From: Nitrospirota bacterium
GTDB lineage: Bacteria > Nitrospirota > UBA9217
Length of the DNA stretch: 64,000 bases
Reading direction: 5' to 3'
Assembly (NCBI GenBank): GCA_963840455.1
Contig: CAWIYV010000013.1
Coordinates: 58,560-122,559, forward strand
Shown here in pieces: positions 38,788 through 48,520 of this stretch (positions are counted from its first letter, which is position 1; every line of letters begins with the position of its first letter). The notes beneath the pieces were generated by a model. That model saw only the letters and a program-made list of their open reading frames with translations. It did not search any database and was not told the DNA's origin. Position numbers and translations under genes: made by a program.

Positions 38788-39338
38788 AGATCGTTTCTCG
38801 TGGGAAAAAGCAGGAACGCTCCCGTCTGCTTCGGTCCTCCCTCCACGTCGGGAACGTACCGGGCTTTCGATAACTATAGCAAAATAAAACGGGTTTGCAC
38901 AGGCGCAATGATCCTGGAAAAAGTATTGAGACGGGTCAGAAGCGGAATTTCCCCGTCAATACAGGCCTAGATCCTGTCAGATCAGTGTCAAATGCCTTTG
39001 CTCGTCAGTTACGAAGGAAAGACTCTTCCTGGCAATATAAAGAAATTAAGATTTCGTCGTAACCTTTGCGCCTCAGCGTGGCTTTTGTTTTGGCCATCGC
39101 GGTTCCAAGGTCTTGTCTCCGGCAAGTCCGGTTAGGTTGATGTATAAACGGTGCGGACATTGCGGCGGCGCAGACCGCGCCATGCTGCCGCGTGGCCGCA
39201 GTTTTCGTTTGATTTTACATGGTTTCGATGTTATTATACCGCTCACCTTTTCGAGGAAAAGCGCTTGTGAAATAAGGCGTTACACTCTCCTCCCGGGTCA
39301 CAATCATTCTCAGACAGAAAGCAGGCACCAGGCACCTC

Positions 39339-41825
39339 ATGAAACAGCGTATCGTTGAACTATTGAGTACGGTCGGAAAGTCCATCGCAGAATTCCTGCG
39401 CCGGGTCTGGATGGAGCGCGTCCTCCCGTGGCTCAGGGCCCTGACCTTCTGGAAGGCGATGAAGATCCTTGCCCTGTGTTTCGCCGCGGCGGTCCTCTTC
39501 GTTGTCCTCCTGTTCTTCATCCTGTCCTTCAACCTGCCCACGGTGGAGTCGCTGAAGGACTACAAGCCCTCGCCCGGCACGACCATCTATGCCGCGGACG
39601 GGCGCGTGGTGGGCCAGATCCGGATCGAGAAGGGCATCTACGTTCCGATCCAGAAGATCCCGAAATACATGAAGGACGCCATCCTGGCCACCGAGGACCC
39701 GCGCTTCTACCATCACTCGGGCATCGATTACCGGGGCATCCTGCGCGCGGCGCTCAAGAACATCATCCGGCTGCGCGTGAGCCAGGGCGGCAGCACCATC
39801 ACGCAGCAGCTGACCAAGGTGGTGTTCCTCTCGCCGGAGCGGAGCTTCATCCGCAAGATCCGCGAGATCATCCTGGCGCGGCGGCTCGAGAAGGAGATCT
39901 CGAAGGATGAGATCCTGGAGCTCTACCTCAACAAGATCTACTTCGGCCACGGCGCCTACGGCGTGCAGATGGCCGCCAAGACCTATTTCGGCAAGGACAT
40001 CTCGGCCGTCAACCAGGCCGAGGCCGCGCTCCTGGCGGGCCTGCCCAAATCGCCCATGGTCTACTCGCCCTACAGCGACATCGACCTGACCAAGCTCCGT
40101 CAGTCCCAGGTGCTGCACCGGATGGTGGCCGAGGGCTACCTCACCGAGGCGCAGTCAACCTTGATCTACAACCAGCCCCTCAATCTCGAGAACCTCCGTT
40201 CCTCGGAGGAGCTTGCGCCGCACATCGTCGACCACATCCGCAAGTACATCCTTGCCAAGTACGGCGAGGACAAGCTCTACCAGGGCGGCATCAAGGTCTA
40301 TACCTCCATCGATCTCGACCTGCAGCGCACGGCAGTGGCCTCTCTCAAGGAAGGCCTCCGGGCGCTCGACAAACGCCAGGGGTTCCGCGGCCGCGTGGGC
40401 CATAAGGAAGTGAAAGTCACGCCGATGCAGCCCGGGGCGCTCCGCGTGGTGGTGAAGCCCGGCGAGGTGTTCAACGCCCATGTGCTCGCCGTGGGCGACT
40501 ACTACCTCACGGTCAAGGGCCGGGGCATGGTGGGCTACGTCCTGAAGGACGACATGGCATGGGCGCTGATCAAGCCCAAGAAGCGCAAGGACGATCCCGA
40601 CGAGTTCAAGATGCCGTCGGAGATCATCCAGCCCGGCGACATCATCAAGGTGCGGTTCAAGGACTATGACAAGAAGAAGCAGGTCGCGTCATTCATGCTG
40701 GAGCAGACGCCGATGGTAGAGGGGGCCGTGGTGGTGCTGGAGCCCTACACCGGCTACATCAAGGCCATGGTCGGCGGATATGATTTCGTCGAGGGCGGGT
40801 TCAACCACGCCACGGACGCGAAGCGCCAGCCGGGCTCGGCCTTCAAGCCCTTCATCTACGGGGCGGCGCTGGAGGCGAAGGACGGCGATCAGTACAAGTA
40901 CACGCCGGCCAGCATCATCTTGGACCTCCCGGTGATCCACGAGAAGACCGAGCTGGACAAGGGATGGAAGCCGGAGAACTACGACGAGCGGTTCCTCGGC
41001 CCGATGCGCCTCCGGACGGCGCTGGCCCTGTCGCGGAACGCGGTCACCGTGCGCCTCCTGGAGGACATCGGCCTGTCCCGGGCCGTGGACTTCGCGCGCA
41101 GGGCCGGCATCACCAGCCCCATCAACGAGGACTACACCTCGGCGCTGGGCTCGTCGGTCGTGACGCCCGTCGAACTCACCTCGGCCTACGCCACCTTCGC
41201 GGCCCAGGGGATACATTCCGAGCCGATCCTGATCAAGAGCATCATGGACGGCCGGGGGGCTGTGCTCGAGAGCTACGAACCCCAGCCCCACGAGTCCGTC
41301 GACAAGGTCACGGCCTTCCTGGTGACGAGCCTGCTCAAGAGCGTCGTGGAGGAGGGCACGGGCCGGGGCGCGAAGGGACTGAACAAGCCGCTCGCCGGCA
41401 AGACCGGGACCACGAACAACTATGTGGACGCCTGGTTCGTTGGGTACAGCCCGAGCATCGTTGCCGGCGTCTGGGTGGGATACGACAATGCCAAGGCCTC
41501 GCTGGGCGACCGGGAGACCGGCGCGCGCGCCGCGCTGCCCATCTGGGTCGGGGTCATGGCTAAGGCACTGGCCGACAAGGGGCCGGAGGAGTTCCCGGTG
41601 CCTGACGACGTGGTGTTCACGAAGATCGACCCGGAGACCGGGCTGCTCGCCCGCGAAGACGCGGCGGACGCCTACCTTGACGTGTTCCGGAAGGGCACCG
41701 AGCCGACCCAGTACGCAGAGACCAAGAAGGGGCCCAAGGCGGGCCAGTTCTACATGCTCGACCAGGGCGAGGGCGATTTTCTGCTGATGAAGAAAAAGAA
41801 GGCCATGGAAGAGGCGAACGACTAA
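39339..41825 (+). CDS. mrcA: penicillin-binding protein 1A
   Basis: EDPRFY.H.G, QGGSTITQQ, RQPGSAFKP, SRN, KTGT. Confidence 0.93.
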   Translation: MKQRIVELLSTVGKSIAEFLRRVWMERVLPWLRALTFWKAMKILALCFAAAVLFVVLLFFILSFNLPTVESLKDYKPSPGTTIYAADGRVVGQIRIEKGIYVPIQKIPKYMKDAILATEDPRFYHHSGIDYRGILRAALKNIIRLRVSQGGSTITQQLTKVVFLSPERSFIRKIREIILARRLEKEISKDEILELYLNKIYFGHGAYGVQMAAKTYFGKDISAVNQAEAALLAGLPKSPMVYSPYSDIDLTKLRQSQVLHRMVAEGYLTEAQSTLIYNQPLNLENLRSSEELAPHIVDHIRKYILAKYGEDKLYQGGIKVYTSIDLDLQRTAVASLKEGLRALDKRQGFRGRVGHKEVKVTPMQPGALRVVVKPGEVFNAHVLAVGDYYLTVKGRGMVGYVLKDDMAWALIKPKKRKDDPDEFKMPSEIIQPGDIIKVRFKDYDKKKQVASFMLEQTPMVEGAVVVLEPYTGYIKAMVGGYDFVEGGFNHATDAKRQPGSAFKPFIYGAALEAKDGDQYKYTPASIILDLPVIHEKTELDKGWKPENYDERFLGPMRLRTALALSRNAVTVRLLEDIGLSRAVDFARRAGITSPINEDYTSALGSSVVTPVELTSAYATFAAQGIHSEPILIKSIMDGRGAVLESYEPQPHESVDKVTAFLVTSLLKSVVEEGTGRGAKGLNKPLAGKTGTTNNYVDAWFVGYSPSIVAGVWVGYDNAKASLGDRETGARAALPIWVGVMAKALADKGPEEFPVPDDVVFTKIDPETGLLAREDAADAYLDVFRKGTEPTQYAETKKGPKAGQFYMLDQGEGDFLLMKKKKAMEEAND

Positions 41826-41885
41826 AATCAATTGCGGATTGTGGAATAGGCAGCAAATATCATAAGCGAATGCTAAAGGAATTTC

Positions 41886-41977
41886 ACCGCGAAGACGCTA
41901 AGTACGCGAAGAACGGCAAAGCGTTCTTGCTTTATTAATACGTCGTGACTTCCTCGCGACCTTCGCGCCTTCGCGGT
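41886..41977. repeat. family C long palindrome
   Basis: accgcgaagacgctaagtacgcgaagaa / ttcctcgcgaccttcgcgccttcgcggt. Confidence 0.75.
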
Positions 41978-42019
41978 TCAAGGATTTTGATCGTTGCTTC
42001 CGGATCGGGAAAGATGACC

Positions 42020-45000
42020 ATGGACTATAAAACAACACTGAACCTGCCGAAGACCGACTTCCCCATGAAGGCGAACCTGAAGGACCTGGAGCCGCGCACC
42101 ATCGGCCGGTGGCAGGAACAGGGGACCTACCGCCTGATGCAGGAGAAGAACGCGGGCAGGCAGAGCTACATCCTGCATGACGGGCCGCCTTACGCCAACG
42201 GCCACATCCACATCGGCCACGCGCTGAACAAGACGCTGAAGGACATCATCGTCAAGTACAAGTCCATGCGCGGGTTCGCCGCGCCCTATGTGCCGGGCTG
42301 GGACTGCCACGGCCTCCCCATCGAGCACCAGGTGCTCAAGAACCTGGGGCCGAAGAAGGACACCTTGTCCCAGGCAGAGGTCCGCAAGCTCTGCCGCGAG
42401 TACGCCGAGAAGTTCATCGACATCCAGCGCGACGAGTTCAAGCGGCTCGGCGTGTTCGGCGACTGGGACAATCCCTACCTCACCATGAACTACGCCTACG
42501 AGGCCTGCATCGTGCGGGAGCTCGGCAAGTTCGTGGGCTCCGGCGGCGTCTATAAAGGAAAGAAGCCTGTGTACTGGTGCGGCTCCTGCGAGACCGCGCT
42601 GGCCGAGGCCGAGGTGGAGTACGGGGACCACGAGTCGCCGTCCATCTCGGTGAAGTTCTCCCTGCCCGACGCGGCGAAGGCGCTGCCGTCCGTCGCCGGG
42701 AAGAACGTCAGCATCGTGATCTGGACCACCACGCCCTGGACGCTGGTGTCGAACCTTGCTGTGGCGCTCCATCCCCAGTTCGACTACGTGGCCGTCGATA
42801 TCGGGCAGAACAATGTCCTGATCGTTGCCGAGGCGCTGCTCAGCCAGTCCCTCCAGAGGTTCGGCATCAAGGACCACAAGGTCCTCGAAAAGTTCAAAGG
42901 GAAGAAGCTCGAGGGCCTGAAGGCCCGGCACCCCTTCATCGACCGCGAATCCCTCGTCATCGTCGGTGAACATGTGACGCTCGAGGCCGGCACCGGCATC
43001 GTGCACACAGCCCCCGGCCACGGCCAGGAGGACTACGAGGCCGGCCTCCAGTACGGCCTGGATGTGTACGCGCCGGTGGACCACAAGGCGCGGTTCACCA
43101 AGGAGGCCGGCGTCTTCGTGGGCGAGCATGTGCACAAGGCGAACAAGGGCGTCATCAACCTCCTCAAGGAGAAGGGCGCGCTGCTTGCCGAGGAGAAGCT
43201 CATCCACTCCTACCCGCACTGCTGGCGGTGCAAGCATCCCGTCATCTTCCGGGCAACGGAGCAGTGGTTCATCTCCATGAAGAAGAACGACCTCCTGAAG
43301 AAGGTCGTCGAGAACGCGAACGTTGTCACCTGGGTGCCGGGGTGGGGCAAGGACCGGTTCCTCTCCATGGTCCAGGACCGGCCTGACTGGTGCATCTCGC
43401 GCCAGCGCGCGTGGGGCGTGTCCATTGTTGCCTTCACCTGCAAGGATTGCGGGACTCTGCTGCTCGACCAGAAGGTCATCGACCACGTTGCGGACATCGT
43501 GGAGAAGGAAGGTGCCGACGTCTGGTTCACAAGGCCGTCTTCCGAACTGCTCCCGGCAGGCACAGCCTGTGCGAAGTGCGGCAAGAAGGACTTCGACAAG
43601 GAGATGGACATACTCGACGTGTGGTTCGACTCGGGCGTCTCCCAGGCGGCCGTGCTGAAGCAGCGCAAGGAGCTGTCGTGGCCTGCGGACCTGTACCTCG
43701 AAGGGAGCGACCAGCACCGCGGATGGTTCCAGTCGTCGCTGCTCGCTTCGGTCGGCACCACGGGCGCAGCGCCGTACCGTGCGGTGCTGACGCACGGTTT
43801 CACCGTGGACGGCTCGGGCAAGAAGATGAGCAAGTCCTCGGGCAATGTCGTTGCGCCGCAGGAGGTCATCGACAAGTACGGGGCGGAGGTGCTCCGGCTC
43901 TGGGTCTCGGCCGCCGACTACCGCGACGACATCCGCATCTCGCCCGAGATCCTGGCCCACCTTGCCGAGGCGTACCGCCGGATCCGGAACACCAGCCGGT
44001 ACCTCCTGGGCAACCTCTCGGACTTCGACCCCGCGAAGGACGCTGTTGGAGACGACAAGCTCCTGGAGATCGACCGATGGGCCCTGCACCGCCTGCAGAA
44101 GCTCACGCAGCGGGTCGGCAAGGCCTACGATGATTTCGAGTTCCATATCGTGTTCCACGCGATCCACAATTTCTGCGCCGTGGACATGAGCGCGTTCTAT
44201 CTCGACATCCTGAAGGACCGGCTCTATACGGCAAAGGCTACGTCAGCGGAACGGCGCTCCGGCCAGACCGCGATGTACAAGGTCCTTTCGACACTGGTGC
44301 GGCTCATGGCGCCGGTGCTCTCCTTCACTGCCGATGAGGTCTGGAGCTATATGAAGGACAATGCCAGGACGCCGAGCGTCTTCCTCGCCGACTTTCCGCA
44401 GACCGAAGAGAAGTATGTGGACGATAGCCTCGAGGCGCGGTGGGACAGGCTGCTCGCGGTGCGCGGCGAGACCGCCAAGGTGCTGGAGGCGCTCCGGAAG
44501 GACAAGAAGATCGGCCACTCCCTGGACGCCGGTGTGACGCTCTATGCAGAGGCCGGTCTGTACGATCTCCTCGCCCGCCTCGGGAACGATCTTCCTTTCA
44601 TCTTCATCGTCTCGTCCGTGGCCCTGGCAAAAGAAGCCGAGGCGCCTGTTGATGCGTTCACGAGCGACACGGTCAAGGGTCTGAAGATCGCGGCCGCCCC
44701 GGCCAAGGGCCGGAAGTGCGGGCGGTGCTGGATGTACCTGGAAAGCGTGGGCACGGTCAAGGACCACCCGGAGATCTGCAGCCGCTGTGCATTGAACCTC
44801 GAGGATCTTGCACAGAGACACAGTAGGACACAAGGAAGGAAAGAAGTCGGAACGCAGACAATAAAAGCCCGTAAGGTCCGATCATCTTGTTTTTCTCCGT
44901 GTCTCAGTGCCTCCGTGGCGGACGTCGTGTTTAGGAGAAGCATGAAAAACAAATATCCCTGGGTCTCGGCGATCGCCGGACTGGTCGTTATCCTGGATCA

Positions 45001-45460
45001 GCTGACGAAATACCTCGTCATCAAGAGGTTCTTCCTCCATGAGACCGTGAAGGTCATCCCCGGGTTCTTCAGCCTCACGTACGTGCGGAACCCCGGCGCG
45101 GCCTTCGGCATCCTGGCCGGCGCTTCAGGCGCCTGGCGGACGGTCTTTTTCATCACCGTCTCCTTTGCTGCCCTGGCGGTGCTCGCCGTGCTGGTCCGCA
45201 AGTCAGCTGATCGCCTGCCGCTCGTCGCTTTCGCGCTCATCGGCGGAGGTGCCGTGGGGAACCTCATCGACCGCGTGCGGTTCGGTGAGGTGGTGGACTT
45301 CATCGAATGGTATTACCGGTCCTACCACTGGCCCACGTTCAACATTGCAGACTCGGCCATCACCGTCGGCGTCGGGCTTCTGGCGATCGATATGCTGTTC
45401 CCGAAAAAACAGATTACCGCTGAGGGCGCAAAGGAACAGCAACGGCTTGATCACGAATAG
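42020..45460 (+). CDS. ileS: isoleucyl-tRNA synthetase (domain ends ~44800), read in frame through a repeat-derived linker into lspA
   Basis: GPPYANG..HIGH, DWCISRQR, KMSKS, C-terminal CGRCW..CSRC; no stop codon before lspA. Confidence 0.95.
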   Translation: MDYKTTLNLPKTDFPMKANLKDLEPRTIGRWQEQGTYRLMQEKNAGRQSYILHDGPPYANGHIHIGHALNKTLKDIIVKYKSMRGFAAPYVPGWDCHGLPIEHQVLKNLGPKKDTLSQAEVRKLCREYAEKFIDIQRDEFKRLGVFGDWDNPYLTMNYAYEACIVRELGKFVGSGGVYKGKKPVYWCGSCETALAEAEVEYGDHESPSISVKFSLPDAAKALPSVAGKNVSIVIWTTTPWTLVSNLAVALHPQFDYVAVDIGQNNVLIVAEALLSQSLQRFGIKDHKVLEKFKGKKLEGLKARHPFIDRESLVIVGEHVTLEAGTGIVHTAPGHGQEDYEAGLQYGLDVYAPVDHKARFTKEAGVFVGEHVHKANKGVINLLKEKGALLAEEKLIHSYPHCWRCKHPVIFRATEQWFISMKKNDLLKKVVENANVVTWVPGWGKDRFLSMVQDRPDWCISRQRAWGVSIVAFTCKDCGTLLLDQKVIDHVADIVEKEGADVWFTRPSSELLPAGTACAKCGKKDFDKEMDILDVWFDSGVSQAAVLKQRKELSWPADLYLEGSDQHRGWFQSSLLASVGTTGAAPYRAVLTHGFTVDGSGKKMSKSSGNVVAPQEVIDKYGAEVLRLWVSAADYRDDIRISPEILAHLAEAYRRIRNTSRYLLGNLSDFDPAKDAVGDDKLLEIDRWALHRLQKLTQRVGKAYDDFEFHIVFHAIHNFCAVDMSAFYLDILKDRLYTAKATSAERRSGQTAMYKVLSTLVRLMAPVLSFTADEVWSYMKDNARTPSVFLADFPQTEEKYVDDSLEARWDRLLAVRGETAKVLEALRKDKKIGHSLDAGVTLYAEAGLYDLLARLGNDLPFIFIVSSVALAKEAEAPVDAFTSDTVKGLKIAAAPAKGRKCGRCWMYLESVGTVKDHPEICSRCALNLEDLAQRHSRTQGRKEVGTQTIKARKVRSSCFSPCLSASVADVVFRRSMKNKYPWVSAIAGLVVILDQLTKYLVIKRFFLHETVKVIPGFFSLTYVRNPGAAFGILAGASGAWRTVFFITVSFAALAVLAVLVRKSADRLPLVAFALIGGGAVGNLIDRVRFGEVVDFIEWYYRSYHWPTFNIADSAITVGVGLLAIDMLFPKKQITAEGAKEQQRLDHE
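44810..44919. repeat. family C palindrome forming the ileS-lspA linker
   Basis: gcacagagacacagtaggacacaagga / tctccgtgtctcagtgcctccgtggc. Confidence 0.65.
44942..45460 (+). CDS. lspA: lipoprotein signal peptidase II
   Basis: DQLTK, NPGAAFG, GNLIDR, VVDFI, FNIADSAI; own AGGAG RBS and ATG at 44942. Confidence 0.94.
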   Translation: MKNKYPWVSAIAGLVVILDQLTKYLVIKRFFLHETVKVIPGFFSLTYVRNPGAAFGILAGASGAWRTVFFITVSFAALAVLAVLVRKSADRLPLVAFALIGGGAVGNLIDRVRFGEVVDFIEWYYRSYHWPTFNIADSAITVGVGLLAIDMLFPKKQITAEGAKEQQRLDHE

Positions 45461-45648
45461 CACGAATTTGACGAATCCAGGAGCGAGCGCATTCCCCGGA
45501 GGTACGGGATTAGCGAGCGATTAGAATAAAATATTACCTTGAGGATCGAAGATCCCCTGCAGCTTGCCGCAGGGATCTTCAATTACACAAATAACTTCTT
45601 TTCCTCTCGTATTTCGTTCGTGCCATTCGTATCATTTGTGACATTCGT
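45452..45648. repeat. family C palindrome ((CACGAATNN)n / (ATTCGTG)n) interrupted by element A
   Basis: The 9-bp register cacgaatag cacgaattt gacgaa|tta cacaaataa is restored when element A is removed. Confidence 0.7.
45476..45582 (+). mobile_element. element A copy
   Basis: CGAA|TCCAGGAGCG...GAAGATCCCCTGCAGCTTGCCGCAGGGATCTTCAA. Confidence 0.85.
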
Positions 45649-45706
45649 GTTCATGATTATTGATCCTCCTGTGTCTATCATCAGCAGGAATATACTACGG
45701 TGATCC

Positions 45707-46543
45707 ATGCATCCCATACTTTTTGAAATACCGAAGATCGACCTCGGCGGCTGGACCATCGGCCCCATTCCCATCCGGCTGTACGGCCTGATGATCGGCC
45801 TCGGCTTCCTCGTCGCCGTCTGGCTCGCCTCGCGCAGGGCGAAAAAGGAAGGCATTGATCCCGAACGCATCATGGACATGGGCGTCTATCTGCTCCTGGC
45901 CGCCATCATCGGCTCGCGTCTTTTCTATGTGCTGGTCAATTTCCAGGAGTTCCAGCGGAACTGGCTCGATGTCTTCGCCATCTGGAAGGGCGGGCTGGTG
46001 TTCTACGGCGGATTGATCGGCGCTGTTGCCGCGGGCATCTGGTACATGCGGAAGCACGCGCTCCCGGTCTGGAAGACAGCGGACATCGTGGCTCCCTATA
46101 TCGCCCTGGGGCACATGTTCGGTCGGTTCGGCTGCTTCTTCGCGGGCTGCTGCTACGGAGCGCCGTGCCATACCTCGGTGGGCATCACGTTCTCCGACAC
46201 CCATTCCCTTGCGCCGCTCGGCGTCCCGCTCTATCCCACGCAGCTCTTTGAGGCAGGCGGCGAGCTCGTGAACTTCCTCGTGCTCCTGACCGTCTACCGG
46301 TTCCGGAAGTTCGACGGCCAGGTCTTCTGGCTGTACCCGGCCCTGTACTCCATCCTCCGCTTCATCGTCGAGTTCTTCCGCGGCGACGCGGCGCGCGGCG
46401 TCTACTTTGGCGGCGCCATCTCGACGTCCCAGATCGTTTCCGTCGGCATGTTCTTCCTCTCCCTCTTGATGCTCTGGCGGTTGGGCAGGAAAGAGCAGGT
46501 TCCGGTCGAGGTTGAGGATAAGAAAAAGAGCAGGAATAAGTAA
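45707..46543 (+). CDS. lgt: prolipoprotein diacylglyceryl transferase
   Basis: IRLYGLM, GSRLFYV, GGLVFYGG, GRFGCF, PTQLFE, RFIVEFFR. Confidence 0.95.
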   Translation: MHPILFEIPKIDLGGWTIGPIPIRLYGLMIGLGFLVAVWLASRRAKKEGIDPERIMDMGVYLLLAAIIGSRLFYVLVNFQEFQRNWLDVFAIWKGGLVFYGGLIGAVAAGIWYMRKHALPVWKTADIVAPYIALGHMFGRFGCFFAGCCYGAPCHTSVGITFSDTHSLAPLGVPLYPTQLFEAGGELVNFLVLLTVYRFRKFDGQVFWLYPALYSILRFIVEFFRGDAARGVYFGGAISTSQIVSVGMFFLSLLMLWRLGRKEQVPVEVEDKKKSRNK

Positions 46544-46583
46544 GGCATCGACCTTGACCGCAGCATCAACCTGAGCTCCTCCC

Positions 46584-47573
46584 ATGCCCCCCAAGACCCT
46601 CATCGTCACCGACAGCCACAACGGCAAGCGCCTCGACCTGTTCATCCAGCACCATGAGGCATACAGCTCCCGGAACCGCATCCAGGCCCTGATCAGGGAC
46701 GGACTTGCCCTGGTGAACGGCAAGGCCGAGAGGCCGGGGTACAAGGTCAAGCCCGGCGACAGCGTTACGCTCGAGCTTCCTGAACGTCCTGTCCGCGAGG
46801 TCCTGCCCGAGAACATCCCGCTCCATGTCGTATTCGAGGACGACCACATGGTCGTCCTGAACAAGCCGCCGGGGCTGGTCGTCCATCCCGCTCCCGGAAA
46901 CTACACCGGCACGCTGGTGAACGCGCTGCTGTACCACTACGGCAGCCTGCCTTCATCGGGGAAGGGGACCTCGGAAGGCGCGGGGAGTGAGCGGGAGCGG
47001 GCGGGCATCGTGCATCGTCTCGATAAGGACACGTCGGGCGTCATGGTCGTGGCGAGGACGGAACAGGCGCTCAAGGCGCTGACAAAGCAGTTCAAGGACC
47101 GCGTGGTACAGAAAAAGTATCTCGCCCTGGTCATCGGCGTGATCAAGAAGGGCTCGGGCACCATCGAGGCCGCCATCGGCAGGCATGTGAAAGAGCGGAA
47201 GAAGATCAGCGTGCACACGGCCTCGCCGCGCGAGGCGGTCACGCTGTATAAGGTGAAAGAGCGATTCAAGAACGCCACGCTCGTGGAGGTGGAGATCAAG
47301 ACCGGCCGGACGCACCAGATCCGTGTGCACATGGCACATGCCGGCTTCCCCGTGCTCGGAGACCGGGTCTATGGCGGCGCAAAGGCCGCGAAGGCCGGCA
47401 CCTTGGAGATCCCCCGCCAGATGCTCCATGCCGAGTCCCTTTCCCTGCTCCATCCGGTCACCAGAACCCCCCTGACCTTCAGCGCCCCGCCGCCGCAGGA
47501 TATGGCCGGGATCATCGAAAAACTCAGGGGATCAATCCAGGAGCGAGCGCATTCCCCGGAGCAACGGGGCTAG
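46584..47573 (+). CDS. rluD: RluA/RluD family pseudouridine synthase
   Basis: S4 domain, NKPPGLVVHP, HRLDKDTSG, TGRTHQIRVH; stop codon supplied by element A. Confidence 0.92.
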   Translation: MPPKTLIVTDSHNGKRLDLFIQHHEAYSSRNRIQALIRDGLALVNGKAERPGYKVKPGDSVTLELPERPVREVLPENIPLHVVFEDDHMVVLNKPPGLVVHPAPGNYTGTLVNALLYHYGSLPSSGKGTSEGAGSERERAGIVHRLDKDTSGVMVVARTEQALKALTKQFKDRVVQKKYLALVIGVIKKGSGTIEAAIGRHVKERKKISVHTASPREAVTLYKVKERFKNATLVEVEIKTGRTHQIRVHMAHAGFPVLGDRVYGGAKAAKAGTLEIPRQMLHAESLSLLHPVTRTPLTFSAPPPQDMAGIIEKLRGSIQERAHSPEQRG

Positions 47574-47745
47574 CGAGCGATCAGGATAAACGATCTACCC
47601 ATAGGATCGAAGCTCCATGCATTTATCTTCAGGGAGGTTCAATCCAGGAGCGAGCGCATTCCTCGGAGCAACGGGGCTAGCGAGCGATTAGAATAAACAC
47701 AACCCTGAGGATCGAAGCTCCATGCATTTATCTTCAGGGAGGTTC
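47536..47745 (+). mobile_element. element A tandem array (two copies, plus a degenerate third to ~47837)
   Basis: Units start at 47536 and 47643; junction TTCAA|TCCAGG. Confidence 0.85.
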
Positions 47746-48032
47746 CCCGGAGCATGCGTCGGGACATCGAGCTTCCAGGATACCAACAGCTGCTTTTAGG
47801 ACCGAGGGTCCCTTTCAACTCGTTGCAGGGAACTGCAACAACGGCGTCCCTCGAGGCCCAGCCTACCAGAAAAATTAGATATTCCCTAAAATAGTCCTTT
47901 GCAATCACAAAAAATATACTATAATTACGTCGATGATCAGTACGGTGAGTGTTCAGTTGCTGCCGAAGGTTGAGGGGTGGACAGCGTTCACACTTGCTAT
48001 GTATTGAATTATTGAGGATTTATTCAGGATAG

Positions 48033-48347
48033 ATGGCAAGCACGCGAAAATACCTGAGGCAGGCATACAGCGGAAGCGCTGATATTCCCGTGACCGTGAT
48101 CCAGTTCGGAAAGCTTGAGCGCATCGATCTTACGGTGAAGGGTGTGGACATCAGCGACGGCGGTCTGGGCATCATATCGGAGGTGCCGCTTACTCCCGGC
48201 TTTATCTGGTTCCGGAGCACCATTGGTGCGCACAAAGGCGGCATGATCGTGTGGAGCAGAAAGGCCGATACGGGGTACCGGGCCGGGATACAGTTCCTGC
48301 CCATCCCCCTGAGCCCCCGCGAATATCTCCAGGTTTCAGATGGTTAG
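48033..48347 (+). CDS. stand-alone PilZ-domain protein
   Basis: RKYLR (RxxxR) and DISDGG (DxSxxG); W...YRAGIQF. Confidence 0.8.
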   Translation: MASTRKYLRQAYSGSADIPVTVIQFGKLERIDLTVKGVDISDGGLGIISEVPLTPGFIWFRSTIGAHKGGMIVWSRKADTGYRAGIQFLPIPLSPREYLQVSDG

Positions 48348-48520
48348 CGGCGGTGTTCACCTTGTTGCCCGCCTCGCTGGCAGGAGCCGGCCTTTGACCG
48401 GACGCCTTCCCCTGGCCCCTGGAGGGGAAAAAATAATCTGTTTCTGTCTTGATTTTTTAACGCTTCCTGCTATATTTTTACCAGTAATTCCAAAGGGCTT
48501 TATTCGATGAGGGGGAAACA

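Noticed and set aside
41978-44167. Long antisense ORFs (also 109-1479, 5721-7598, 22427-24268, 54772-56484)
   Set aside because: Shadow frames of GC-rich genes with strong codon bias; no motifs
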